63,423 bases of DNA, filler included, from 4 parts of 4 records of this genome joined end to end with filler, not necessarily neighbours in it, one strand, 5' to 3'; counted from the whole stretch's first letter, positions 1 through 13,600 are shown. The notes: generated by a model not told the origin, from the sequence alone. Numbers and translations are program-made.

Positions 1-3000
1 TCCTCCTCCTCCTCCTCCTCCTCCCCCTCCGCCTCAGTTGGCGCTGCCACAATCGTAGGTAAAGTCCACGAAGTCTCATCAGTCACGGTGTTCCAATAGT
101 AAGTCTGTCCATCATCTGTCCGCTGTTCCTCCCAGGGGTACATGGCAGCCTTGTCGGCTTCCGACATCTCGCCCGGCCCATCGTCCTCGGGCACCTCGTC
201 AAGAGACTTCTCTGGGGCTACCTTGATGGCCAGCCTGGAGCGATAGGCCTCCTCCATGCGGGCCAGTTTCTCTCTGTCGTCTCCATCATCAAGCTGTGGC
301 AATCCGGCGGACTCCACGTGGCTATGGACATTACTGAAGGAGGTCGATGCATCCGCCTCAAAGGAATCTTCATATGACGCAGGAATGGATTGGTTGAGGC
401 GAGCCGACGATCGGGCGGTCTCGGTTCGCGAGCGAGAAGTGGTGTTTTGTGCACTTGAGGAGTGTTCCATGGGGGGCGGCGACCATTCCATTTCTCCCTG
501 AAGTCACGTCAGACGCACGGCCACAAACAAGTCTTCCTTAGTGCATACCCTGTCCCGCCCGCTGGACTGAATGTCTTCACCGGTCTCCGTCATTGAGTAC
601 TCGCGGTCGTAATCGAAGTCTCCGTCTTCGTATCCTTGGTGGTCATAGCCGCCATCGTCATCGTAATACGAATCGCTCTGCATTAGGTCTTAGTTGGAAG
701 GCATGCGAGTGCTGCAAGGGCCGACTGTACCGTTTCCGTCTCCGACTCCGAGGGCGGGATATCGTCCAAGCGCAGCGGTGGCACCGAATCCGGCCGCTTC
801 CACGGTGTTGTGTCGGCAGGGGGAAGTCTGCATCACCCACATCAGAATACCCAGTGGGCCCAGGCCCTGGCAGATCCAACTCACCTGTCTTGCTGCTCGG
901 CCTCGTCTCTGGAGTCACCATCGTCCTCGGAGTGGGAGGCTCGGGAGCTGTTCGGTTCCTCTGTGTGTGTCTCCCCGTCGTTATCGTTGACATCGACAGC
1001 CTCGTTCTCGTCCTGGCCGTGCCCGTCGTCCGTCGGGTCCTCACCACTGCTTTCTTCGGGCGCTGTGCCTGTCTTATCCTGGGCATCTTGCTTCGGGGCT
1101 GCCAGTGCCTTCAGGAAGGTCCGGTTAGGATTGATTTTGGATATCTGCTCGAGTAGTTCTGCCTCCATCGCGGCGAGCTTGTTGAGTTCTTGCTCCTTTC
1201 TGTTGGCGTCATGCGCGATTCTGTTCAGCCGCTCTTGGTTCCTCTTGGCGGCCTCCTCCTCCCTCTTCTTCCGGAGCATCTCCTGCTTCTCTAGTTGCCT
1301 CTGCCGCTGCTCCTTCTCACGCTGCAGCTTCTGGCGCCGGTACTGCTCTTCCCACTCCAAGCTCTTCTTGATTGTGGTCTCCCTCATACGAGACTCCTCC
1401 TTCTGCTTATGTGCAATGAATTTCTTGCACGACACCAGCTCGTGGTTCAGATTCCCTGTCGAGGTCTGCGAATCCAACACCTCCGCCCTGAATGAGCGGT
1501 TCAGGCTCATGCGGATGTCATTCTCTACCTGCAACTTCTCACGAAGGTCATCTTTCTGGTCACGGATCATGTCGGCCAGTCGGGCGTTCAGGCGGTCCCG
1601 GGCCTCACGCGAGCCCTTTGACAATTTCTCCTCTTTCTTGCGCTCCTGCACCAGTTGCCGCAGCTTGCGCTTCCTCTCCTCTTCCTCCTTGCGAATGACC
1701 TCGTTTATACCCTGGCGCTGGTGCCGGAATCTCATCTTGCTCGCTAGCTCTTCCTGCTGCTTCCTTTCTTTCTCCTGTCGCGCCTGCTCCTTCTTGAGCT
1801 CCGACTGCAGGAAGGCTATCCTGTTCTTTTCAATAACAAGCTCATGCTCCACCTTCTGATCACGGATCTTTGCTGCAAGAAGCGGGCTTTCAAACTCCCT
1901 GAACAAAGTCGATGGCGCACCAATAGAGGCGTTAGAAGGGCTGGGAGAAGGATCTGCGCTACCCCGAGACGACGAGATCGACTGGTTAGTGGACCCGGGG
2001 CCACGTTGCTTCTTGCCGGCAGGAGCGGTAGTGGGCCTTGTCGCCAGCCCGCCAACTGCTTTTCGGTTCTGGAGGACTGGCTGGAGATTTGCTGGCCGCG
2101 GCGGGAGAATTGACCTCGTCTTTGGGGGGGCAGGCGGCTGCGGCTTGGTTGCCTTCTTCTTTTTAGTTTTCTTCTTCTTTGCCGCAACGCCCTCCTTCCC
2201 CGGGGCACTGTTCTCCTTGTTGAACTCGTGGTCCATCTCGTCAAGCTCCTCCACGTCCGGCGTGCTGTGGTCCCTGCTCCCGCTCCCTAAAGACGCCAAT
2301 CCACCATGCCCTATATCCACTTGCGAGTCCGTTCCTGAGGCGTTCGTCACTTTGCGAATGCTCTTTTCGTTCTGGCTGGACTTGTTAGATCGTGCCGAAT
2401 TGGCCCCCTTTCGATCGTCCTGCAGTTGCACTGGTGCGTTGTGAGTAGGGGCAACGGGTGGGCCTCAAGGAACTTACGTGGCTTGAGTCTCCTCTTCGGG
2501 GCGACGGAGATGTCAATCACGGGCATCTCACACGATGCGAGCAGCTGCTGCAGACTCTCCAAGGTGCCCGTCGGAATGGACACGCGGAGGCAGTGGCTAC
2601 CGATCTTGAGAATCCGGGAGGGCTTGTACCGTCCCGCCTCGGTCTCTATACCGTGGGCCAAGTCCAGCATGTTCTCGTACGATACGTTACCCATGGTATT
2701 CACCAGAAATGATTCAACCGCACTCTCCTCGTCCGGGGTGCTTGGCTGGGCCAGGCCCCCCTCCCGGGAAGGTGTCGCGGCTTGAGGAGCATCACTCATG
2801 ACTGCCAGCTGCCTGGCCATTCCAAGTGACTTCCGTTCTCTAACGGCAACAGTCTGCAGTAATTTCTGAGGTAGCCCGCTCAACGACCACTCATCCATCA
2901 GGGAGGCTGGGTCCGCCGCCGAGCTGATGCGATTCGACAGCTCTGACATGGCATTGCTCACTTTCTCACTATCCATATTCCTGTTAGCTCTGATGTAGCT

Positions 3001-3684
3001 ACCTACACGTCTAGACTCACCGGTATGTGTTTATGAACTCAGAGTTGTTGAACGCCGTCCCTTCAAGTGTCCTTATCAGCTCCCCAAGTCGCCTCCTCTC
3101 CAGATCGTCTGACCGAATGAGGGGCTCGAACTTCCCCGTGATACCAGTGAGAGTCTGCAGCCTGTCCTCATATAGCATTGATGACACCTGCCACTGGGTG
3201 AGATAGGCACCGGGCCAGTCACGCCAACGCACCTTGCCCTCAGATACCACGCCCTCCAGAGCTGCAGCCATCTTTGCAATTACCTGTTGAGCACACCCGC
3301 TGTATTCTTGTGCTGTGAACGATGAGGAACTGCTATTCAAGTAATGCCATATATATATATCGCTTTGTAGGGCGACGTTAGACATGACAGGTTTGTCTGT
3401 CAAGGGGGGGGGGCGCATCCTCTGAGGAGCTGTGCTGAGTCTACGATATGCCGTTCCGAGTGCAAACGGGCTGGCCAATGGGCATTATCATCGGCAGCTC
3501 TGTGGTAGCTCGCTCTAGTAGAGAGTGGACCAAGAGCCACGGGATGACGTGCCCCACAGCGGCCGCAGGCAGCCCACGGCTCAAAGTCCGCAACTATCGG
3601 GCAGCATCGTGCATCGACCTCGAGACAAGTGCCGGTCTCTTCTCCGGACAGATTCAAATCAGGCAGGGTAAATTCAATGGACAC
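1..3684 (-). CDS. Large multi-exon coiled-coil/low-complexity protein with a WW domain (3' end runs off the window)
   Basis: ORFs 3017-3478, 2347-2976 and 881-2431 and downstream exons join in frame via GT-AG introns at 2981-3020, 2431-2477, 828-884, 678-730 and 498-548. The last exon encodes YPWEEQRTDDGQTYYWNTVTDETSWTLP (WW domain, ~58-143) and poly-Glu. Linking the first segment (3400-3684) needs a frame change at the G10 run 3404-3413, so the start is uncertain. Confidence 0.65.
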
Positions 3685-4292
3685 GTGTATACTGTTCTAA
3701 ATCTAGCGGTTGGCACGGTCGTTCAAACGTGACTTTCCCTGGACTGGCCCGAGGTGACCGCCACCCGCACGCCGCATGGCAGCACTGGTGTTGCAGTCCG
3801 GCGGCTCCCGTGAGCATTGAGATTGGCGACAGTTGCACGAATCAGGGTCACGGGCCGGTCGGACGCCGCAAACGGCTCTCAACCCAAGACTGTATGGTGA
3901 GTGATCTCTGGTGTCCGGGGCGGTGAGGTGCAAGTTTTCGGAACCGGAGGTGCGGGAGCCGGCCGTACTCGGACCAGACTGAGAGACAGACGAAGTCCGA
4001 CCTGAGCGCCTTTCACCAGAAGGACGGCACTGTCACGACCCTGAACGGCGGATGACTGATCGGCCAAGAGAGCCGAAGCGCCGGTGCTGCTACACACGGG
4101 ACAAGGGCCGCCGTGTCCTCAACCGTGAGAAGCCGCTCCTCGGCCTGGCCACACTAGCCAAGTGTGTCGTCAGGGCCGTGTGGTTGAGAGCACTGACGCT
4201 CCCACGGGGGGGCTTTTGGGTATGTTATATGTGTGGAGAAGCCAGATGTACGAGTGTAGTTACCTTTTTGTGAGTGCACCAAGAACATCAGG

Positions 4293-5413
4293 ATGCCTCG
4301 CACGGAGAGGTCACAAGTGTTCGCTCCGGACCTGAGGAATCTCGGGGGACGGACAGAGGTCATTGAGGAGAAGAAGGCCCATACTAAGCTTCTTGCCACA
4401 ATGAAACCGCAAATAGACTCCTCACGCCCAAAGACGATGGCTCTGAGCAGAAACTTGAGCGCCAGTATGTACTGAGGCACTTTAACCATTGACTCCACTA
4501 ATTGAAACACTTAGATCGGGCTTCGCGGCAGAGAAGCGGGGCGGAAATGGATGTGCTGCGGGAACAGCGGGAGACATATAGAAGGGTTGTGGCAGTGTCC
4601 ACAGGGCAGACGGACAGGAAGGGGACTAACACAAACTATCCATCGACGTATTTTCGGTGGGTGGATGCGGAGCTGTGGTGGGGCCTGAGTTGACTCGAGA
4701 TGCAGTGCGAAGGCAGTCAGCCGGAATAAGAAGTGCAGGTCGAACTATGAAGACGAAATGCACAGGAAGCGCATGGCGAATATGCAGCGTAGGATAGCTT
4801 CTTATGATTCGGTGACGGAAAAGAAGAAGAACATATACAATGCCGAGGTGTATCCTTCATTAATCATGAGGAGAGAAATTTTGGATAACACCGGTATTTA
4901 ACTGTGCACAGAGGCTGCATATATGGTTCTCATGGTGTTTTAGGGGTACCATTCTCCGCAAAGCAGAAAACTCCTCGTCAGCGCTCGACGCCTCGCCCCT
5001 CTAGTGCGCGTGGGCCGACTCGCCCCTCCGAGGAAACTGGTGCAACCTCCCGCCCGCAGTCTGCAAGGTGGCAGTTATCAGGCCTCGTAGTCTCCCTTGC
5101 TGCATGTTCACCCTTCTTGTGCAGGTCCAGCGGTAGCCACTTCCGGGGCACAGACCCCGCCATCTCCATGGACGCCGGGGACGACTATGAAAGATTCCGC
5201 CAAGGTTTACTTGACACCATCATCAACGACAGGATATACCGTGCAAAGGTAATGTGGTCATTTGTGTGCACAGCGCTCGGGCTGAGCAGTAGCACACAGG
5301 ACCTTCGGAGCCTATTCGACAACCACTTGGAAAACGCGCCCTCTCACCTTAACAGGGTCAAGCTGGAGCGCATTGTCGACGGGCTCAGGTCGGTATTCTT
5401 GGACCCAGAATAA
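4293..5413 (+). CDS. SPATA7-like ciliary protein (6 exons)
   Basis: Introns at 4465-4514, 4657-4705, 4894-4943, 5068-5124 and 5249-5299 give a continuous frame. The N-terminal HTKLLATMKPQIDSSRPKTM and C-terminal GLLDTIINDRIYRAKDLRSLFDNHLENAPSHLNRVKLERIVDGLRSVF resemble the two conserved SPATA7 blocks. Confidence 0.55.
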
Positions 5414-5461
5414 AATGGCGACTCCATCTCTGAGCAACTTGCCAAGTTCCCAATCCCTGCC

Positions 5462-6547
5462 CTACGGTGCAATGCTGTGCCTCCTCTCCTGCCCATTGTT
5501 CGGATGGATTGCGAGGAAGAGCACCCGGCCAATATTTCCCATCGCAAACTCAAAACGCCCTGGCATCACGTGCACACCAATGTACAGCCCCTTGTCACGG
5601 ATTTCAGGAAGGTTGCTGTGCCGCTCTATAGTCACCTCCACCTTCTCGAGAGCCGCAGTCAGCGTTTTCTCAATCCTTTTCCTCCACATTAGTGCATGGA
5701 CGCAATAGCAGGGGCACCCGATACAGCACGTCACAAGGCACCCCGCGAGCATGAGCACTGGAATCTTCGAGTGCAGCATTTTTAACGGAGCGTCCAAATC
5801 CTGACGTATCTCTGAAATCATCTGGTAAAAGTTTGGCTCGGACATTAGCGGCGCCCAGGCCACAGGCATAGGCCCATACTCTCCGTCTTCGAAAGCAAGT
5901 TTAAGATACTCAAAGACATGAAAGAGCGTAGGATTGGAGAACAAGGCATCATCCTCCAAACCCACTTGCCTCGCCCAGTTCGACCTCATTTGTATTGCAT
6001 ACTGTAGCTGTCTCCTCATAAGCTGTTGGCTGCCACCGCCTGGTGCCCCACCAGCGCCCGGAATGCTACTCTTGCGACGGGACACCTTGGGCACCTCAGG
6101 CTTGGCTCTTTTCGCAAGGTTATGCTCCTTTTCTTGGTGATCCTCAAACTCAGCCACTGTGCCCTCCCATTTACAGTTATCTTGGTCGCAAGTCAGTTTC
6201 AGTTGGTTGATGATGTTTCTCAGTGCTAGACCCGGAATAATGCGACGGACTGTCAACTTTGCACGGTCCACCGGGCAGGTTGCGTTATTCTCCAGCCATT
6301 TCATGATGCACTCAAAGCAGAAAGTGTGGCCATGGTTGCAAGACACAGCACCGGCAGCGACATCCAAGCATATAGTGCACAGCAGGCTATCATCCACGTC
6401 AGTCGTGAAGCAGTCCTTTGGATATCCACCACGGCCAGTCAGTTTCAGCGCTTCCAAAGCCATCTTTCCATCCGGGCTACTGGGGTCGTCCGCACCCGCA
6501 GGCTCCGGCCCACCAGTCATGGTTAGTGGGGCGGGAGCGCTTGCCAT
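5462..6547 (-). CDS. RING-HC (TRAF-type) E3 ligase with zinc finger and Cys-rich hydrophobic C-terminal domain
   Basis: RING CTICLDVAAGAVSCNHGHTFCFECIMKWLENNATCPVDR; TRAF-like finger CDQDNCKWEG...HQEKEH; C-terminal LAGCLVTCCIGCPCYC segment. Confidence 0.8.
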   Translation of the reverse strand: MASAPAPLTMTGGPEPAGADDPSSPDGKMALEALKLTGRGGYPKDCFTTDVDDSLLCTICLDVAAGAVSCNHGHTFCFECIMKWLENNATCPVDRAKLTVRRIIPGLALRNIINQLKLTCDQDNCKWEGTVAEFEDHQEKEHNLAKRAKPEVPKVSRRKSSIPGAGGAPGGGSQQLMRRQLQYAIQMRSNWARQVGLEDDALFSNPTLFHVFEYLKLAFEDGEYGPMPVAWAPLMSEPNFYQMISEIRQDLDAPLKMLHSKIPVLMLAGCLVTCCIGCPCYCVHALMWRKRIEKTLTAALEKVEVTIERHSNLPEIRDKGLYIGVHVMPGRFEFAMGNIGRVLFLAIHPNNGQERRHSIAP

Positions 6548-7601
6548 GGTGTGCTACCAAGCGTTGTCTAAGCACTAATGGATGAACCCAGCTTTTCTAA
6601 CCGTGTGAAGGTGCCGCGAGCTGGCGGTACCTGTGGTAAAAGTGACTATGGGGATGGACAGTGCCGGCGGTACTGTGGCGGGACCGAGGGACTGGGGCTG
6701 GTTGTCAGTGGCCGAGCGCCGGATTCCGTTCACAGCCAGCCTCGCTGGGCGGGAAGCCTGAGCGGTGCGCTGCTTGGACATGATGGTCCTGGGACTTTCT
6801 GCTGTAAGGTTCGATAATCCTGGCCGCCTATGACGTGTTGGCTCGGACCATCCTGGCAGGGGCCAGGTCACCACACTGGCTTGCTATAGGGACAAGGTTG
6901 ATGACTGCTCGGCCACTCGGCCGTGGCCGGGTCTCGGTGCCGGATCCCGATCAGCACTCATGCATCGGGGTCCGTGGCTCTCAGACTTGTCTCGCGGCTG
7001 CCGCCGCGTGACTGGGTCTGGCGCCGCGGCCGGGGGTCAGCGGCGGCCGGGTCGGACAATGCGGTGGCACTGGCAGTTCCAATACAATCTGCGCGGAACC
7101 AGCGCGGGGAAGGGTATTCCGGTATTGAACTCAACCTCTTAGTTTAACATATGATCTCTATACAACGAATATTGAATGTGTCATCCTGTAACCGTTCCCA
7201 ACTGAGCGCACGTCCGCCGTCCGGCATCTGAGATGCCCCGGCACCCCGTGCGTCCGTGATGGGGGAGCAACCGCTGACGCTGCGGCCCCCGGCCCAGGGC
7301 CCCGCGGCTCGCACGCCGCGGCGCCTCAGCAGGAGTCACGGTTGGGCGACGGCGGCGGCGGCCGAGGAGCACCGTGGCGCTCCGGCACCTCTCTCGCCTT
7401 TCCCTCCTGTGGCGACCTACGCCCGCCCGACTCCAGCTCACTCCGACTTTCGTTCTCGGTCGTTGGCCGGTGTCAAGGACCAGACAGGCTCGCCGGGGCC
7501 GCGTGCCCCTCCCGCGTTAAATACACTATCCTTGCCCTCTGGTGTCTAGAGTAAGAGTGGTGCGCACACATTGTTATGTTCCTAGCCTGACCTGACTCCT
7601 C

Positions 7602-10600
7602 ATGGCTAAGAAGGACAAACCAGCAGCCGGCCGGGCAGATGCTCAAAGGATGAGCGACGCCCAAGAAACTGCACAGGCCCCGGTGGCCGAAACGCACATA
7701 TCTCACACAGATGGCCTGTTGTCGCTTTCCTCTTTCACTCGCCAGGCGACGGATTTGGTCGGAGCGTCTGAGTCTGTAAGTATTCGTCGGAAAGGCACTG
7801 AAGCGCGAACTCACGGTCGCCAGCAGGACAGGGAAAGGCAGATGACGTTGCTCAAGGACTCTTTGGGCAACCCTCAGAACTCCTTCAATGGTGCGCACAT
7901 GGAAAGCTTCCGTGGGTATGCCCAGAAGCTCTACGAGGGCCTCGAGTCATACCTGGAGTACATCAAGCCGAAGGTCAGTGAGCCCGCAGTCGAGGGCGAG
8001 GATGAGCCGGAGGAACCTGAGGAGAAGAAGGAAGTGTCTTTCCGGGCGGCAGATATTGCAGAGCGGATCCGGGCTATCGGCGAGTCGGTGCAGCCCGTTT
8101 ATGACGAGCTCATGGTTGCTTGTGACGGGAAGGCAGATGACGATACCATCATGAGATTCGGTGACTCATGGCAGAACCTCAGCGCTGCACTGGACGACTT
8201 TGTGGCGAGCGAGGTGGAGACCAACATCAAGAAGTCCCTAGAGATTGCTCTGGTGGCGCATGATGAGGAGGCACTGGCGGCTGCGATCAACGATGCAAAG
8301 GAGAACAATTTGGGAAATACAGAGGAGGTCGAGCGCGCAGTCGCGTCCCTGAGCTCCATTCAGCATCGCAAGAAACTGCAGAGGCTCGGGGAGGAGATGG
8401 AGTCGTTGTTTGAGAACAAGGACAGGGATGTGGACAAAATCATGGAGACCCTCATCACAGGTCACAACATGGCGATGGACACAAGTCCGCAGTTTGTGAA
8501 ACTTGGAAAATGGCTGCAGGAGGTGATCCGACTGAAGTTGGTGGACGCGATCAAAGGGAACAACTTTGAAGGGATGATGGAGCTTATGGAAGTTGTAGAA
8601 TCTTTTGGCAAGGACTGGTTCAAGTGGGGGGTACGTGCTTGGGGAACGTGGTGATCTGATTGTGCACTAACAGCAGCGGGCGCAGGTGACGGAGGAGTTT
8701 GAGGAGGTGTACCAGCAGTTGGAGCGCCATCTTAAGACATCCGAAGCTAAGGACATTGAGCAGCGCCTCGCTGAAACATCTGCTTCAGTGTCCCACCAGC
8801 TGCAGGTGGTACCAGTCAAGGATGACACCTGGACCAAAGACCGCAAGCCCGTGGCGATGATCGGAGAGAATCTGGACAAACGCGGTCTCAGCGACCTTGT
8901 CACGGCCTTCCTAGAGACAGCGGATGACCTCAAGTCTTCATCACAATTTCCACGCATGGAAATGACACAGTCCGCATCCGTTATTCCAATTAGGCAGACC
9001 CGGAATGGCCGCTCTTTTGAGGTGTTGGTTGGGCAGACGTTTGTGCAGAATATCGCCACGAGCACACCGGAGATTGTGCGTTTGAACCAGTTCCCTGGTG
9101 AACTCGTCTTTCCTACAGCGGCGAGTGGTGGCAGCGGAAAAGAGGATGAGGACGAAGTCCGTGATCAGGTCACGCAGCAGATTGAGAAGGAGTTCATGGT
9201 ACGCGTGCCTAAGACAGGCATCAAGACGTATCTCTATCAGAAGAAGGGCTCCCTTCTCCCCTCGCGCCTACCCAAGGAGGGTGAGTACGGCTACTTCAAG
9301 CCCAAGATGCCCTCAGCACCGCGGACAGGCGATACCGACCTAGAGGCAAGGCGCGCAGAGCTGGCACATCTTGTTGGTGTATCCCGTCATGTTGTCACGG
9401 ATTTTGAAGTGCACCAATGGCTTGCACGTCGTGCCCGTCGCCGTGCCTTCCTGGTACAAAAGGTGTTTGTGCTCCTGCGTAGCCTCAGCACCCGGCAGTG
9501 TGTAGCCATGGAGGAGAAGATCCGCCAATTCCCGGATTATCCCACGCCACAAGTGTTCACAGACTTGGAGACCGAGCTAAAAACTATGATCCCGGACGAA
9601 ATGGAGGCTATGAAGCCTGTCTTTGCAGAGCTTCGCGATCTTTGTGAGAGGTCGGAGGAAGACAAGAAGATTGCGGAGATGGAGGAACGAAGGCGGGCGC
9701 GGGAGAAGGCTAAGTCGGATGTTGCCACGCCAGCAGCTGCGACCACGGAATCCGCAGTGGATGGCCTTGAAGGCCAAGAGGCGAATGAGACTGAAGAGAA
9801 ACTTGCGACCCCCGCCAATGAAAGCACTGGCCGAGAAGAAGATGAAGTGATCAACGTGGATTCCGCCGTGCCTGATAATGTGGATGACGGTGGTATTGAT
9901 GCAAATGATAATCAGGAACCTTCGGGCTCGGTCCAAGACGCGCCGGCCGCAGCCCCGGCTAATGTGTCGCCCACGGATATCTCCGAGGCAACATCCAAGG
10001 GCGGACTGCCATCGCGTGTTGACCGCAGCAATAATGCCGCGAAGCAGCCTCCACCACAGTCAACCAGCAAGGCCACCAAGCCCTATGCCCCCGAGCGAAA
10101 GGCCGTGGAGCAGACTTTCATGCAGAAATTCGGGTCGTGGTTCATGCGGCTGATCCGACCCACGTACAAGCCCAGTGACGAGTCAGGCTATGCTCACAAC
10201 ATCGATACTGACGAGGCCGGGCAGAACCGCGTTGTTGACACGACCAAGCAGTGGTACACCGGGACCCGTCATTACGTGCTGTTTTGCCGCCTTCTGGAGA
10301 AGTTTGGGAATGCCTTCGGTACATTCAGCCCCAAGGAGCGGGAATTCAAGTACAAGGCAGCTCTCGCATACATGGGTACGGAGCGCTGTTTCTCCCCGGA
10401 GTACATCAGAAAGAACCCGCAGGCGGGTGTCCTGGCCAAGTTCATCCATGCGTTGCTCAAGAACTTGCGTGATCTTGATGTAGGCGAGGAGGACCCTTCC
10501 TTACAGAGCGTCCGCCGTAGCTTCTGGGCGGTGCGGAGGTTCTTGAATGAATTCTGCGATGAGCAGGAAGTGGATTCCAAGGCCCGTGAGCCCCTCATGA

Positions 10601-13600
10601 GTGCGCTGCATAAGAGGCAGGAAGCAGTTGAGGAAGACGTTTGCTACAGGATTGCCAACGAATCATGCAAGACTCTTCACTACGAGACCATCGTGGCCGC
10701 TCTGCAGTACGCCAAGAAGGAGTGCCCGCGCTTTGTCATCCTCGAGAATGTGCGGGAGGCCGTCCATGAGTCCCTCAAACTGCAGATTCACCGTGGTGTA
10801 CAGGAGGGGGCGTACCAGAGCGCCCTTGATGCCGTGAAGGTCGGTGAGACCAAGTGGCACTTCATGGACCTGGAAGGGTTCCTCCTCGACTGCCGCGAGG
10901 CCAAGAATGAGAATGTTGTCAAAGATTGGTTCACCGCACGGACATGGAACGACATTCAGGCGGCCACAGTGAGCTGCGATAACTCTGAAGATGACCCTCT
11001 GGGCACCGAAGTGTATGAAGTGGTCCAGGACTACACCGCAGAACACCCGAGCGAGCTCTCCGTTACCCGCGGCGAGATTCTGGTGTACCTGGGCTGGAAG
11101 GCACACGGAGACACGCGGACTAGGAAGTACCTCCTCTGCCAGAAGCGTCAGGTGCCCAATCCCCAGGGTTATGTCCCCGGTTGGATGCTGCAGAAGTTGG
11201 ATCACGAGGATGCCAAGTCACGCAATATCTTGATCGACTCGAGGCCTTTGGGTGAGGGCCTCAAGCTCCTCGGCGATAATGCTCTCGCTGCTGCCCGGGC
11301 ACGAGTGCGAAGGGCTCAGGCGGAGAGCGCGAATCCGCTGATGAGCAAATTTCTCGACGATGGAAAGTCTATTCGACCCCTGCAGAGCCACCACGAGGAG
11401 GCCGACGAGATGGACTCTAGAAAGGTTGATCCCGAGGCTGCGGCCATGTGGGACGTGGTGCAGGAGGTGGGCGCAATGCCCGCGGCCCACCCGACCTTCA
11501 TGCTGCGCAAGGAGAACAAGGTGGGCGCCAAGCGGATGCGGATCCACAGCACGTACCTAGCATTTCTGGCGGACAATCCTTGCCTCGATATTGATGTTGA
11601 TCGAGTCAACCGCAAGCTTGACACACGTCTGGAGCGTGTGAAGCAGCTGATGGTCAAACCCGAGCCCAAGCCCAAGCCGGAGAAGGTGCCAACACCCCCA
11701 GCATCAGTGCGTGGCGAGGGTGAGGCCACGGCCGCTGCAGCCGAGGAGATGTCTGGTGGCGACGGGGACCAAGACGCGCCTCCTTTGCAGGAGCGCAAGG
11801 TGTCCTCCGCTCCAGAGGCACAGAATCAGATCACTGGAGGGACTCGTGCCGGGCGGAATGCTAAGCAGGCCGCCGGGCGGAATGCCAGGCCCCAGAAGGG
11901 AGGGAAAAGCGGGCGGCCCCAGAGCAAATCGCCGCCTCGTGGGCGCGGAGGAAAGGCAAAGGACGCTCCTCGGGCGAAAAGCAAGAGCAAGAGTCCACCA
12001 CGCAAGCCCCAGCCACCTAGGTCCAAGGCCAAGGGTGGCCTCGGGGGTCGCGCGGGAAGGGTACAGAAACAGGCTCAGGCGGCCGAGGGCGGTGGCAATG
12101 AAGACGCGCCTGTGGCAGTGGAGCCCGAGGTGAACGTCGCAGCCCCTCGTCCGGTATCTGCCCCTGATGCGCCAGCACATGAGCCCCCGGTGAAGGAGCC
12201 AGTTGCTGTGGAGGAAGAGGAAGAGGACTTGCGGTCCGAGTGGGAAAAGCTGACGGAGGATGCGCGCCACGAGGTTATGCCGCGGTTGCGTAGGGTGATG
12301 TGGATGCCGGTGGAGGAGTTCCTCAAGAAGGAGCACGGCTTCATCAATGGTTTCCAGTACAACGAGTTCCAGAAGTACGGGGTATCCGTGCGCAATATTC
12401 CTCACATGCTCTACAGCATGGTGCGCCACGTCAAGGAGTCTTTCAAGGACCTCCGCGACCTCCACGCTTTCCTCACACAGCGCGATCTTCATGTGTTTGG
12501 CTATGATTCCGACACTATTGGTCTTCGCAAGGTGCAGGAGGAGCTAGACCTTCTCCAATGGAAGCGCTCGGAGCTGATGAAGTTCCAGAAGCTCTTCTCG
12601 TCGGAGATTGCGTCTACTGATCGCAATATTCGTTATTACGATATGAAGAGAAGCCGGCTGGAACAGCAGCAGCGAAGGATCAATAGAGTGCAGAAACGTC
12701 TTCCGCCGCCGCTACGTGAATTCAATAACCCTAGTGACCTCGAGGAGCGCCGGCAGAAGTTCAAAGAAGAGTCGCAGTCGATGCGAAAGGTTGTAGATAC
12801 CATGCAACCCGCCACCGACATCGCCCACGTGGACCGCCCGGAGACAGGCCGGCTCTTCATGGAGATTGTCGAGACGGCGGGAATGAATGAGGAGAAACGG
12901 CTGCCTCTGTTCGTTAAGGTACTGGTGGAGGACAAGGTGATCAAGACCCGCAAGATAGATCCCGAACCTCCTGTTAGCATGCACAACAAGGAGAACACCA
13001 CCAAGACTCCCGCAGTGGTGGTGTCCACGAAGAAGATCCCCTTCTGGGAAGCTCTAGAGGATAGCGCTCCAGCCCCGGTCCGGGCCGAGACGAATGAGGA
13101 GACCAACCGAGCGATCGTGCCAGCCCCCACGAAGGCCACCTCGGATGAATCCAACGGGAATCGGCACGTCTTTGAAGTCCCGATTGAGGTGGAGCTGAAC
13201 ACACCATCCCCGGTCATGACGGTGGAGGTGTACGACTATGATGTGCTGCGCAACCATGAGTTCAGGGACCTGCTCATGGCGCGCTTCACCTACCCACTGG
13301 CGATGCTCAAAGATGAGAAGGCCGTTGACGAGTGGTGGCTCCCCGACTATGGCGTGGAGAACTGGCAGGATGGCGAGGGCGAGTGGCTGCCCAGGCCCCT
13401 CTCTAACTGGTACAAGCCTCCCCAACGCAGCAGCATGAGGGTCCGCATGAAGATGCTCTGCGGCCGTATCCAGATCGAGGACTGCGACCGCCACGAGGAC
13501 AAACGAGTCTGCGCTCACTTCAAGGGAGACCGTACCAGGCGGAGACTGCACGATGTTCCGTCGGCCGTGATGAATGATTTCAAGCCCCGCGGTAGCTACA

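Noticed and set aside
810-1859. 349-aa Ser/Leu/Phe-rich plus-strand ORF, and similar antisense ORFs over CFAP45 and the giant gene
   Set aside because: Antisense shadows of Glu/Lys/Arg-rich coiled-coil coding sequence in GC-rich DNA.
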